A DNA stretch of 64,000 bases from Klebsormidium nitens (lineage: Eukaryota; Plantae; Klebsormidiophyceae). The notes under the pieces are model-generated. The model searched no databases and was not told where the DNA came from. It was given only the letters and a program-made list of their open reading frames with translations. The stretch lies in the NCBI GenBank assembly GCA_000708835.1, contig DF237073.1, forward strand, positions 62,001 through 126,000. Reading direction: 5' to 3'. A program made the position numbers and the translations under genes. This document shows, in pieces, positions 11,301-23,800 of this stretch; positions within the stretch are counted from its first letter, which is position 1, and every line of letters begins with the position of its first letter.

Positions 11301-13624
11301 TCGAAGGAGTCTCCAACTCATCGGGAAAATCAAGACGTTTTGGTGCTGCCTTCCTATGAGATTGTGAGAGATCCTAGATTTCTGATTGCCGGCACTCCTG
11401 AGACCCCCCAAACTCCGATCTAGAACCGGTATTCGTGCTCTCTGGTGCAGCTGGGTGCGGGAGATGTACGCGTTCTCAATAGCGGTGGCCAAGGCGAAGG
11501 TGGACCTGGACCTGCCCAAGAATCCTCGGGGGATCATGGTGCAGGTTAGCCCACCAATCGTCTACAGGACATCGTCAGCTTGTTGCGATGACGGATTGAT
11601 CAGCCACAAGTGCATGTTTACGATCTGGCTCTGGAAGCAGGAAGGGTGGGTAAGCAAGTGTTTGGGTAAGAAGACGGCTCTTTTCAATGGGCTGAAAGCA
11701 GGTAGTGCAAACAACATTAAGGGCATATTTCGAAAGCAATTTGTGACCATCTGATCAACATGAAGGAAGCTCTCGAAGTCAACTTGTGCAGGTTTCTGAT
11801 GATCTTGTCGCTGATGATCGAAGCACTCTCTACATCCTTATTTCCGTTTGTTTTATATCTTTTCTGTTTTTTCCTCTGCTAAGGTCACCACAGACAGGAG
11901 TTGGTCTGAGCTGATCGCAGATGCCTTAATCGCAGGAAACGAGCTCTTGTAAGTCAACAACTGCACGATCTGGTCTGTCCCCCTGTTCTACTCTTGCTGC
12001 GAACCTTGTCTTCTCTTAAACGTTTGCAATCAAGACTTGTAGAAGGTTAAGGAACGATCTTTGACGGCTTTACTTCTCCCTGTGGCAGCCTCCAGAGGAC
12101 GAAGTGTTGGGCGAAGCCAGGATTATACACTACACGTGGGGCAACTTTATCAAGGTTAGTCCCACTTTCTGCAACTTTCCCGAGGCGCCGTGAAAAACTC
12201 GTTATCTCCCGTGCAAATAGTAAATACAAGGTCAAGGCTCTGGGCACCTTCACAGCGAGGCAGCCTTAGCGCTAGCGGAAGCAAGTAGAGCCTGGCAAAG
12301 TGCGGAGCGCTCTCGATCCGCGGTGTTTGTATGCTTAGCGAGGCGATTACTGCGAATGAATAATGGAGCACAGCTTGCGCGTGTGTCGGTTTCAGCTTGG
12401 AGAAACCAGGTATTTTAAAAAACTGAGCTCTTTGATACTGCCAGCATGGCCACTTCGGGGCATCCCCGACGGTTCGAGAAGTGGTAACGCGTTCAGATTG
12501 CCATCGAAATTGCACGTTTCAAGGGTATCAGTATCGCAATGGCGGTAACCGTCATTGCTGCTTAATCAACCAGCTACGGTCAACAGTTGCTTGCAGGATG
12601 ATTCCTTTTTATCAAAGCCGTCGATGTTGCACGGAAGCCACAGCGGTATGCTTTTTGCGCCGAACCCGCGCCCAGTTCGAATGTTTCGATAGTGAAACCC
12701 TAGCGTTTCCGTTGCAGTTTTCCTTCATTCAACGGCTTGGTTTCCGCGTTCATCATGAGATCACCGTCATCAGGCTGGGCTTGACGCTTCTTCAAACTTG
12801 GGTCAGAAGGCCGCTCTCATTCCTACGATAGGCTAGGTTCTACGAACGTTGTGAATTCGGTCTTTGCCGTTCGACGCGGGCTGCTTACATGTGCGCCATC
12901 GCCCCGCAGGACGAGCGAGGGAACGACGTGTGGAGCTGGGACAAGCGGGACTTCGTCGCCCCGGGACTGCCCCCGCGGATCAAGGAGCCCCCGGCAGATC
13001 TGGTAACTAAACCTGCCCAATCTTACCCTGTATCTCCTTTGGTCGACTAAGGATTGATTGTATGCGGATCCGTCCATCTTTCAGAGGTTACGAGACTCAC
13101 CGCTGTCAGTAGATTCGAGTGCGTGTCCGCTATTCCAACTTGCTTCTTGATTCTCCAGCTAGTCTCGTGTTTGCTACCGCCCTGGCTTTCCATCAGGCTT
13201 TCCGGACTTTGCATGCGCTTTTGTGCCGCACTGACAAAATGGCAATCTGCTCTGCAGTATTCCCTCAAAAATGGTCGTCTGACGGGGCTCGTTCGGTTCG
13301 AGGCAGGCTTGCCCTCCAACTTTTGAAGAGCCTTTTAGTGCTCTGCTAATCTCTGCTACTGTGGTTTTTGAAAGGCATCTGTTTTGATCTAGTAGGTGCC
13401 TCGCGGCTGCACTCTTTGCGCCGCCGCAATGCAGCGAGATGTGCCCGTCTAATGGATACACGCTTTGCTGTTTCCAGGCTACGGAAGTGCAGTCCGCCTG
13501 GATTGCTACCATGAACGAGGCCATCGACTCGATCCCCCGGTACTGTCAAGGAGAGCTTGACGCGATGAGCCCTGAAGAACGGGCAGCGGCGGAAGAGGCT
13601 GGGGGAAGGGTCGGGGTTACATGA
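8335..13624 (+). CDS. HPAT: Hydroxyproline O-arabinosyltransferase (GT95), type II membrane protein; exons 8335-8495, 8733-9048, 9477-9715, 10175-10267, 10684-10767, 11062-11133, 11451-11544, 12089-12154, 12910-13002, 13478-13624
   Basis: N-terminal TM segment; motifs SNGSPYLNWQTRIMYHSF, FTRVLH, YPVASRP, VLMAETDHLFVKP, GFPFSYM, PTGNAP, GWVREMYAFS, IIHYTWG, WSWDKR; all splice phases consistent. Confidence 0.92.
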
Positions 13625-14315
13625 GTATGCTCGAGGAGGGGAAGAGGCAACGTGAATGATTGCGTGAAGCGATCAATTGCATGGCATACCCACTCCGGGC
13701 ATGATGCATATATTGACTAAAAACTCGTATCAAACGGTGCCTTTTGGATTGATGCAACCTGCATCCACAAGCATTTGCCCTAGTTTCGGTTGCAGAGCCG
13801 CATGCGGACGTACAGACTGCGCTTGTCATATTTTGGTGCACATTATTGGGTTGGATTGCCGCGCATGAATGCAACTCATTGGTGCGGCCTGTTGCCTTGC
13901 GCATGTAACTAGCTTTAGGATTCGCCGCGGGAGCTTAATCATCGCATAAAGCACGCATACGCCTTTTGAATTCGGGAATCGCCGACATTGATTGCTCGAT
14001 CTTGCATGCAATCATACCCGGTGCTTCTATGCGGCCAGCGAATATATACGTGCACGAGGCAATCACCTATATTGATGCCGCACCGTGACCGGGTCCAAGG
14101 AACAATTGCATGGACGCGAGCAAGCTTTGCACATATGAATAGGATCCTTTTCTCGTCTCGTTGATCGATCCATGTTACGGGCCTGCTCGCGGCATGCCAG
14201 TTTGATCTTTACGCAGGGATGCTGACATTGCTCCGTCGAACTCAGCGAAACTGCATATGTTGGCTATTAGAATTCTGGTCGCTGAGTGGCCGCCTCTCGA
14301 GATGTCATGACCTAC

Positions 14316-14500
14316 TAGGTGCTTGATCAGCATTCTTGGCTGCTAAGTTCTAAATCCGAACGTGCTCATATGTACATGCTCTTTTCGTTGGGCGGCTGGC
14401 AGACTACCGATCTCGACGCCTCGACACCATGCTTGATGAGCGTTCTTGGCCTCCAACATCTACATCCGCACGTGATCATGTACACATGCTCTCTCTTTGG
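14316..14500. repeat. Degenerate 110-nt tandem duplication
   Basis: gcttgatcagcattcttggc...tgtacatgctc at 14321 versus gcttgatgagcgttcttggc...tacacatgctc at 14431. Confidence 0.75.
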
Positions 14501-14536
14501 GCAGCTGGGAGCAAATCGAGCTCGACGCTTCACCAA

Positions 14537-17500
14537 CTACCTCTTGTCAACAATCATATGTACCCTTCCTTCCAAACCAAGTATGAAGGCCCTTCGTAGG
14601 ACACCATCGTCGAGCAGGCGACGGTCCTTCACGGCGCTCGCCACTCGGTCCGCTTCGCTCTCCCGCCATGGAAAGACTTTGAGCACGGCGGCCAGGCATG
14701 CTACAAAAACAACTGCGCTGTTGCTGTCAAGCATAACTTTCGACAATAGCCGGTCACAGAGGCCGATGATTTTGAAAAAGTCTCACAATGTTGATGGAAC
14801 TTTGCAAATAAACCGCGAGGAGGAATCGAGCACAGTGGTACAGAAAGCAAAGAGAGCGACCGCAACACCCGCAACAATCACAGAACCTCGAGTCTTATCT
14901 CTGCGTCAAGACCGGGGTCCCTGAGGGCCGCTTTCGCACTTTCTTGCGCAGTCGAGTCCTCACTTGCCTGGCAGCCTCGCTGACATCAAGTACCGTACAA
15001 GCAGAAGGGCCCACAAAATCTCGACTCTATACTGTTCGAAACAAGTGGATGAGGAATTTTTCATTTTGCCACTAGGTTCAGCAGGCTAGGTACCGCTCTG
15101 AAAGCAGCGCAGGTTTAAGAAGCGAGTCGCAAGTTCCGCACTACATAGATCCAAGCAGGTGACGTGCGGTCAGCAGCGTGGAGACCTACCTTTTGTCAAG
15201 TCCGTAGCTTCGGAGTACGCGCCGGAAGATGCAACTGCGGGAAGCAAGTATGAGCACGTCCGCAGATGACAAGAAAATTTAAGTTGCGTTCGATCTCTAG
15301 GAGTGAAATGTCGGTCCATGCCAAAATCGGGTAGCAGAATAAGCAGTTTCAAAAAGAAAGGCATCCAAGGTGGACAAGATTAGAAACAAAAGTGCCATTG
15401 TAAGCTGATTCACGGGCGCACGCTTTTCAAGGATAAGCTTGACTGCTCAAAGGATCTTATCCATCACAGAAACGCCCCGGGACAATTGGTTTTCGTACAG
15501 GCTTCAAGATGATTCCAGATTGTGTTCGTGAGTCGGCGGTACAGGTTAGATTACTGTAACTGGTACTTCCAATCCATACTTGATTCCTCAAAAACATTGA
15601 GACCGACGAACATCACCTCTCGCAGGCCCAAGACTCTGGCCCAATTTTTGTGATATCCAACGCCGCTACATGTACTCAACAGCCCATCACCATCATAGCA
15701 ACCTACTATTGACAACTTGTTAAAGTAAAGAGAAAAAGGGGAAGGTCTCTGAAGAACCCAATCGCCCACCTGAAGGCCCCTCCAGGATCTTGAGCGCCGC
15801 GTTAAACGAGGACTGCGCGGATACAGAGTCGGGTTTGTGTTTCGATCAGATACCTACGCTTTCCTCGCTAGGCTTTCTTGCTTCCTGACGATTCTCGCTC
15901 GGTTATTTGGACTTCAGTCTAGACGCGATTGACGGAACCTTTCTAAACAAGGGCAGAGAGGCGATGGCGAAGGGCCAACGCCAGAATGCGGCAAAAGGTT
16001 GTGAAGAGGTTTGTCGCTATCGAAAACGCGCTCCCCAGAGCTTGCGACTACGTTTGCCAAACGCAGCTTTTCCTGAAGAAGCTGCCGTTTGTGAGAATCC
16101 GTGAAACTGACCATGTCAGGGCCTTCTGTGCCCAGCCGCGGACGTGATGACCTACCGACAAGCGTCTTTGACACCACCAAATCAGAAGTCCCGGATCCTT
16201 TTATCAAGGGTGTAGACCCGGGGTGAAAGTGCAACGCCCGAAAACTCCATTACAAGCTGGTGGAGGTTTGAACAACCGGGCGATACCAGAGGGTTTAGGG
16301 CTGAACCACGAACCTCAGCCAGTAGCGCCGCACTTTCAGCGTGGTCCGCGAGCTTCGCAAAGACGCGGCCCAACAGGATAAGAACGAGGGCCATGCGCGG
16401 GTGTTTGTCGCCTGGGAGAGGGCCACGTGGCGAGATCAGTTCATCCAACGGTCTAGAGCAGAAGTGCCGTAGAAGCTTCCGTGATTTGGCCCCGTGTCCG
16501 ACCCACGGAAGAAGGGTGTCATTCCCGCATTTGGCCTAACCAGTCTCTGTACGACGATGATGCTGCTTTTCAGGAAAGGGACCGAAGGAGGACGGATGTT
16601 CCATCCATAAAAGAGACTGATGTCAATCAGCAACTGGCCTTACAAACTCTTTATGTGACAATCATGCTGCTTATAACGAAAGGGGACGGAGCAAGAGGAA
16701 CGGTCGACTCACCGGTGATAGCACTCGCTTTCTTGATCTGCGATCCCAACCGTCTCATGGCGACGTCCTCCAGGAAGTTCCTGTCCACGAAGCGATCGGA
16801 GTGTTGCCAAATGGACAGCTGACTTCATCTTTGGCTTTGTAAACTAGGAACCAACTAGACTTTTCCGTGCGCGAATTGCCTTCGTTGCCACGATTTCGGG
16901 CCTTGAACTACGTGGCTGGCCTTGCAGGAGCCTCGCAACATGACCGCTCATGGCCACTCAGTCCACAGCGTAACAATTTCAAAGTGCAAGGCTTCTGGCC
17001 GAACGCGATCGAGAAAGGGACGTGGTCGACTTAGAGACATTCACAAAATTGAAAAGGCATTTTCAATGCTCTGACGTCTTCTATACTCACTCGTTCGCGC
17101 CAGGCGAAAACAGGGAAACCCTCACTTTTCGTCCGTGTCTGATCCTCCTCGTTCAGTCCAGAACGTCTCGTACGTGATTGTCCGGAGCGCCTCTGAGAGC
17201 TCCGCTTCGCGCACCTCGACGAAGGGGCCCGCGGCGCAATGACCGAACGCCTCTGCCAGGACTTGACTCTGGCCCGATTTGACGATTGTGTCGGCTGCAG
17301 GAGAGGCAGAGGACCCAAGAGTCATATCAAGTAAAGAGACTCGAAAAAAAGTCATGCAAAACATTAATAGTAGCAGAAGGAAAACAAACCCAATTAGTCG
17401 GAGATAGTGATGCTTCCCATCAACGCAGTGTACCTTCATTTCTTACATCGACGTCCCGACATGGCTCAATGACATTCGCAGCTAGAGAGTAACGCAAGCA

Positions 17501-20500
17501 GGTTTCCAGCTCGATATTCACGTGAGACACAGTATGCGTAGACGGTACTCCATTGTACATTGGCAAACTCCATTTGCAGATTTCGGCTGAGGAGCTCCAT
17601 TCAATCCGCTCATTCCGGCAGTCCGGGTCACAACGATGCTTCGAGCTTTCAACAAATCGGAACGCCCCAGAGAGGGGAACCTCCACCACTGCAAACTGCC
17701 GAATTACAGTCCCCTTCGACTCAGCACCGCTGCTTGAACCCAGTTCTTGTTGCCTTTTCCCCTCGTTCTAGTTCCTGACACACCGCACTCAGGCTCTTAC
17801 CCGGCGTTTCTTCCCCGGCCGCTGCTGCCAGTGCCGCATCCAGTCCCGTACGCTCAAAGAGTTCCTTTCGAGATGGACATGCTTTGACTGCGCTGTTCAC
17901 CATTTCCTTCGCCTCTTCATCCTGCCGACAGAGACTTCGCAAGTTGGGCTCTTCGCTTAGCACAAAAGCTTGCACGGCATACGAACTCTGGCCCAAAGTG
18001 GATAGGACGTCTCTTGCAGCCGTTAGAGAGCGTGTCAGACAAACAGATGCCGTTTGCCAAAGGTTCTACAGAGGCATTCGGAAAGCTCAACCAGTCCAGC
18101 ATGTGTTGCTACGTGTCTGAGACTGTCGACAGAGTCAACCGGCTCGGAGGCACGGTGCAAAAGTCCTATCGAACATCTTTGAAACTCTGAGCTTCGAGGT
18201 GACGAACTTCGTACGAGAAAGCATTAAGAGCACTCAGTCACACTTATTGCTGCTTCAAAAAGAAGGATAAGTGAGAGAATCGAACTATAGGAAATCAAAC
18301 TTTTGCATCGAACATAGTTTCGAAGTGTTACCTCGTGTCCAAGTTCCGAGAGCAAACGATGAAAACATCTAGCATTGCAAGTCATTTCTCAACACTCGAG
18401 CTTCGATTCTTCAGACCGCAAGTGGCACAGCTGTACAATGAAACTTGCAATCCTTGCCGCGCGTTTCGAACCGTGTGATCGGGTTTGATTTGCACTCGCG
18501 TGTTGTTGCACGGTCCTAATCCATGTAAATGGCATTTTTGAGGGCATCCAGAGGTGGCGAATTCCGCACAGTTAGCTGGTAACCTTCGCAAGCCAAAGAT
18601 GCGAAGGAAAAGGATGTCTTTCGTCACCTTATTTAGCGTCAGCATGATGTAAACTGCTGCGTGTAGAGAAGCATCTGCAGGTTGCGGACAAGACTTGAGA
18701 CAGCATTTAGTGCGGAAACGAAAGAACTTTGGTTGAGCAGCAACACATTGACATCTAAAAAGAAGCCGTGCTGTCCCATAAGCTCGACAGCAGCGGGGAT
18801 TCTAGTTCTTAAGAACCCATTCTTGCCATCTACAATTTCTCATCTCGTTCTCAGAAGCATAAACGTTGATTGGACTGTGTCAGACAGCGGGTCGGAGGGA
18901 ACGCCTCACCTGTTATGTGCCGGAGTCTGTCGTCAGAGTGATTCGTTGCAAGATCTGGGAAGTTTGGCCAAAGGGTGTCCACAGCTGCCCCGTATTCACA
19001 CCTGAGAGGGCAGGCTATTGGGTTATCCTGGCGCCTCTAAGGGCTGTCAGAAGCACCCGTCAGGAAGCAGTTGTACTCTTGTTGCTGAACATTTTTCAGA
19101 TTCAGAAGCAGAATTTCCCGGTGCCTACACAAGATAGAGGAACACTTCCTGTTATCATCAACATCGGGGATCCACTCTCCAAGGTTGTAAATAATTGTTC
19201 TGCATATCAATTGACAAAAATGTGTCCAACAGGAGAAATGCAACTGATTCAATTGCAGTGTCAGAAAAAGGTGCAGTCAACTTCCAGCAATGTGAGGCGA
19301 TGTGAAACTTTTAATTATCATTCAAGCAGAGGTAGGCCCCTCGAAACGGAGAAGGGAAGCCAATGGTGAGTACCTGTCGCACTGAACGGCTGCTTTTGCG
19401 AGTTGGATTCGGCCGAGGGCTTCTTTTTGAGGAAAGCCAGATGCTTGAGACGCGGCCTGCTCTGCAGTCTCCAGGATTCGAAGTGCCTCTACATATGAGC
19501 CTGTCCGCAGAAATTCTCAAGTATCAGAATCAGAGTTTGCTTCAATCTGACAGTTGATTGGGCTCGAGGCATTCAAAGATGGAACTATAGAAGTATCTTT
19601 CATTCTGACAGAACATTAGGCTGGAGGCATCTCAAAACGAAGCTTTAGGGGGAAGGCCGATCATAGTCACAACATTGAGCCCCTTGAACATGATAGGGCA
19701 GCGTTTCAATATTTCACAAACTGGGAGCCACCGGAATCAAGCTCTGAAGCCCTTGCAGATTTTGCAGCTCAACCACAATCGAGTGTAGCCTCTCTTGCAG
19801 GAGCTACCTACCTCTTGATCTGCAAGTGTTGCAGTACTCAATCATCTCGTTCACAATGTTTGAGATGCCAGACTGGCCGTCCACTTCAGCGCCAGCTGCA
19901 GCTGGAGAAGCGTGGATGCTCCGCTGCCCGTTGCATGCATGGCTTTGAGAAAAAGGTGTCAGCTCCTCCCTGCAAAGTCCACCACCAAACTGCGGTCCCA
20001 AAGGTTGGACCCCTGTCACAGCATTGCCTACCAGGCTGGCTGTGGGAACTTTCAATGAGTGTTTGCTGCTGCTGAAAGTGCCAATGAAATTATTCTGGCT
20101 AAGTGAACCGATCGGTGGTCCCACCTTCGACACTGCTGGTGCATCTGCGATCCTACCGCTGTCATTGATACTGCTGGAAGACAACCAATGCATGGCAGCC
20201 GCTTGCAATCGAATTGATGAACCATTCACCAGGTTGTGTCCATTTTGAGGCCCCCCCACGCGATCAGAAAGGAAGTACTGCGCCACCACACAGTGGCGCT
20301 CCAGAAAAGTCTGGGAGAGCAGGTAGCGTTGCACCCTGCTCCAGCACCCGGGGAACAGCTCCATTGTTGTGCTTGGCAAGCGCTAGCTGGGGGCTAGCTC
20401 AGGCTGCTTGTCTGCATTTAAAATTATAGATCTGCATTCTGAACTTCTGAGTCAAAATTGTGGAACAAAGTTTTTCAGCAAGTCGAGTATTTCTGCAAAC

Positions 20501-20751
20501 AGAATTTCACCATTTGCAACTGTTAACAGGATTTGTTGCAAAAAGTCATCATCCCAACTTTGTAAAGCGTGCTCCTTCGCTGGTACTCTAGTTGGAAGAA
20601 GGTGCCGCTTTCTCAACATGAAAAGTGCGTGTCGGGCTGTTAAAAAAACCTTCCGGTGCGATATTCTCCCTTCGTATTGGCACCCCTCTCTTGTACAGAT
20701 CTGATCAATCACAACGTAATGGCAGGATGCGCTGACTGAGCGCCTCCTCAT
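14537..20751 (-). CDS. Multi-exon hypothetical gene of unknown family; ends unresolved
   Basis: Phase-consistent chain of four GT-AG exons 18910-19001, 18628-18674, 17801-18065, 17126-17294 (CEYGAAVDTLWPNFPDLATNHSDDRLRHITD-ASLHAAVYIMLTLNK-NLWQTASVCL...-DTIVKSGQSQVLAEAFG...). Further splice-bounded exons at 16713-16818 and 15190-15234; open frames at 14537-14746, 19804-20379, 20452-20751. No family recognised. Confidence 0.5.
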
Positions 20752-20847
20752 CCATGCTGCTGCCTGCCAAGTTTTTCAAACGACGAGCAGCAAGTGCAAT
20801 GCCAGCAGTGGGATCTCAGAAGCTTCACGAAAAGACTACAGTTTGTG

Positions 20848-23800
20848 ATGTCTCTTGCTGCTGCAGCCAGCTGCAAGACGACAAGTCTACGAGTCGGAGC
20901 AAGCATCTACAATGCCGTCCAAGCAGGGCCACACAGGAGGTCACTTACACCTGGCCTTACCAGACAAAGCTGGCTGTGTCCACTGCTAATCGAACTGCGC
21001 CAATTGAACACCTCCATGCCACAAAATTTCTATCTCCCAACCTCGCAACCCCCTGCTAGTAAAATCCTGGAAGCACATCTGACCAGTGGGACCCCTTCCC
21101 GCTCAAGCTCCCCAGCTGCAGTTCCAATGAGCAACAATGAAGGGGGCAGCCAGACCAGTGCCCCCGAAAAAGAGGTGTCGCTCATGGCCCACCCCAAGGA
21201 GACGCCGCTCACTGCCCCTCAGCTTCCTCAGGAGAATCCGTCCGTCAAGCATTTCCACAGCATTGCTCTGGGGGGCACCTTCGACCGCCTGCACGCTGGC
21301 CACGAGCTGCTGCTGGACGCTGCGCTGCGAGTTCTCAGCCCCGGCGGCCAGCTCATCATTGGAGTTACCACTGAGGAACTCCTGACAAACAAAGTGCTGG
21401 CAGAGGTGAGCAGAAGCTTCTGGCTTCTGGCTGGTGTTGGCGCCTCGGTTTCTGCTGGTTCCGCTTGGCTGCTGGCCTTGCTTGATTCTGTGCTGGTCCT
21501 CAGGAGAACAGCGTCTGATTCAGCCCATCTCCCTTCTATGTGTAGAGTGTGTTCTTCTTCTATTTTTGATCCAGACCATTCTCCTGAGTGACACGAAGAA
21601 TCCCGCCTCGATAGCCTCACAACTGATGCCCGGCTCAGCTCTTGTTTCATTTGCGCCTGTCTCCGATTGACTGACATGTCCCTTTACCCGAGTGTTCTCC
21701 CCGGCAAGTCACTTTCGTCATCCTTCTCCTGACCAATCATCACAGTACCTCATTTTGGGCTCAATTTATTCGTCCCCTGATCAGCCTCTTTTCCCCCCAG
21801 CTCATCGAGCCCTACTCCTTCCGGGTCTCGCAACTCACCGCCTACCTCCACTCCCGCTCCCCAAACCTCAACCTCAAGATCGTCCCCCTCATCGAAGCAG
21901 ACCCCCGACGGCAGCCTGTTGTAGACAATGCGACACTCGAATGCATCGTCGTCAGCAGAGAAACCGAGGCCGCTGCGACGGCAATCAACGAGGTGCGGCG
22001 GCAAAAAGGTCTGAGGGGTTTAGAAGTCGTGGCAGTGAACCTGGTGGCAGAGGGCTCGGCGTATGGGAAGCTCAGCTCGACGGAGATGCGGGAGAGGGAC
22101 CTGGGACGGTTGTTGACGGACAGGTGATTGGCCTTGGTGGTTGGCTGGTCGCCTGAACTTTGCCAAACAAGATTGGCAGTTCGACCCAGCTCATTGCCCT
22201 CGAACTTTTTCCAGACGTTGTCATCTTCTCCTGATGATCTGCGTCCCGATGTTCATAGCAATCAACCTTTTCTAAAAGATGGGAGGCAGTTCTTGGGGCC
22301 TTCTGTGAAAGGCTCGTTGTTCAAACGTCAACATGTTCAGATGCCTTATGGGTCCAATTGTGACAGCTGCAGCTGCAACAATCTCAACAGATGGCTACCT
22401 GTCCTCCAACGTTGCACTTTATCTGACTACTGGTCTCTACGTTCTGTCGTAAGGCACAGTCACCCGGAAGGGCGGGACAGTGGAGACCCTGAATCTTTCG
22501 GCAAATTACCAAATCGACAAATGCGTTCTGCTGCTACTGACCTCTTCGAATGAACCTACGTGGGGCCTTTTACCTGCAGGCCGTACTTCGTCCGTGGCCC
22601 CCGCCTTTCCCACAAGGCCCGGCTGGCGGCCGCCCACCCATACATGATCGGTCTGACAGGTGGCATCGCCAGCGGGAAGTCATCCGTCCGGCAAATGATA
22701 GAGGACATGCGGAAGGGGGGCCTTGTTACGGAAACAATTGACTGTGACGCGCTCGGGCACCTGTCGTACCTGCCGGGGACCCCGTCATACAGCGAAATTG
22801 CTCGGGCGTTTGGGGAAGGGGTTGTAAGAGAAGGTGAGGGCTGAGGAGTCGCGGCTGTCAAGTAGGTCGAAAGGGTTCAACGAATTGCCAGTAACAGCGA
22901 AGACCAATGGCAATCTCTTGTCAAACTCGGTGCAGTTTTTGTTTAGCAGAAACACAAAAATCTCTAGTTACTTAAGCGAAATGAAGGTTGCCAACGGTCA
23001 CTCCATCAATGCACTCCAACTTGTCGTCCGCCAGGCTGCACATACCTGCCCATCGGTCGACCTCGCCTTGGAACATGCTCAGCAGTCTACGTCAGCAAAC
23101 CGCAGCGCCTCAACTTTTCCCTACATACGTGCGCTTCAGATACTCTCAGCAAGACGTAGAGCTCTCTCCGTTGCAAAGCCTCCTCTAAAATCTTCTCTGT
23201 CGCCAATCCCTCACTCGAACCAACCCCACCATGCGGTCAACAACTTTGATTTAGCAGACGGCACGATCTACCGCTCCGCCCTCAGAGCCACTGTTTTTGG
23301 CGAACCCGCCCGAGTAAGACGGCTCACAAAGTCGCCTTTTCCCCCTTCTTTTCGCAGACGGCACGATCAACCGTCCGGCCCTTGGAGCCATCGTCTTCGG
23401 CGACCCCGCCCAGATGACACGGCTCACATCCATCGTGTGGCCCGCGGTGCGGCGACTCGTCGCCGAGAAGCGCGAGGAGATGGCGGAGCGCGGGGTCCAA
23501 CTCTGCGTCGCAGAAGCCGCGCTCATCTTGGAGTCCGGGTTTGAGACGCAGATGGACGAGGTGTGGGTGGTGTTCGTGCCCCGGGGGGTGGCGCGGGAGC
23601 GGCTGATGGCGAGAAACCGGCTGAGCGGGGAGGAGGCGGACAAGCGGCTGGACTCGCAGGTGGGCGCTGGGGGGTCTGCGCAATTGAAAGCCGATTGTCT
23701 TCCTTGTAATGGGTTTGGAAGGCAGGTTTTAGAGATGGTCAGAATCCATGACATTGATTTTGAGCAAACAGCGAAATCAGCGGTTGATGCATCGCTCGAA

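Noticed and set aside
12470-12690. GTTCGA T-loop-like words (also ~40463, ~44871)
   Set aside because: No cloverleaf or A-box context; no tRNA supported.
18800-18845. EIVDGKNGFL (- strand), resembling a GT4 glycosyltransferase motif
   Set aside because: Isolated; falls in the inferred intron of the unknown gene; no other GT4 motifs.
21890-21925. Apparent frameshift/stop in PPAT exon 2
   Set aside because: Recounting the C5 run gives the continuous frame IEADPRRQPVVDNATLEC.
22121-22127. TGA immediately after the PPAT exon suggesting a programmed PPAT-only isoform
   Set aside because: AG|GTGA creates this stop automatically in any phase-2 intron with that common donor; not evidence by itself.
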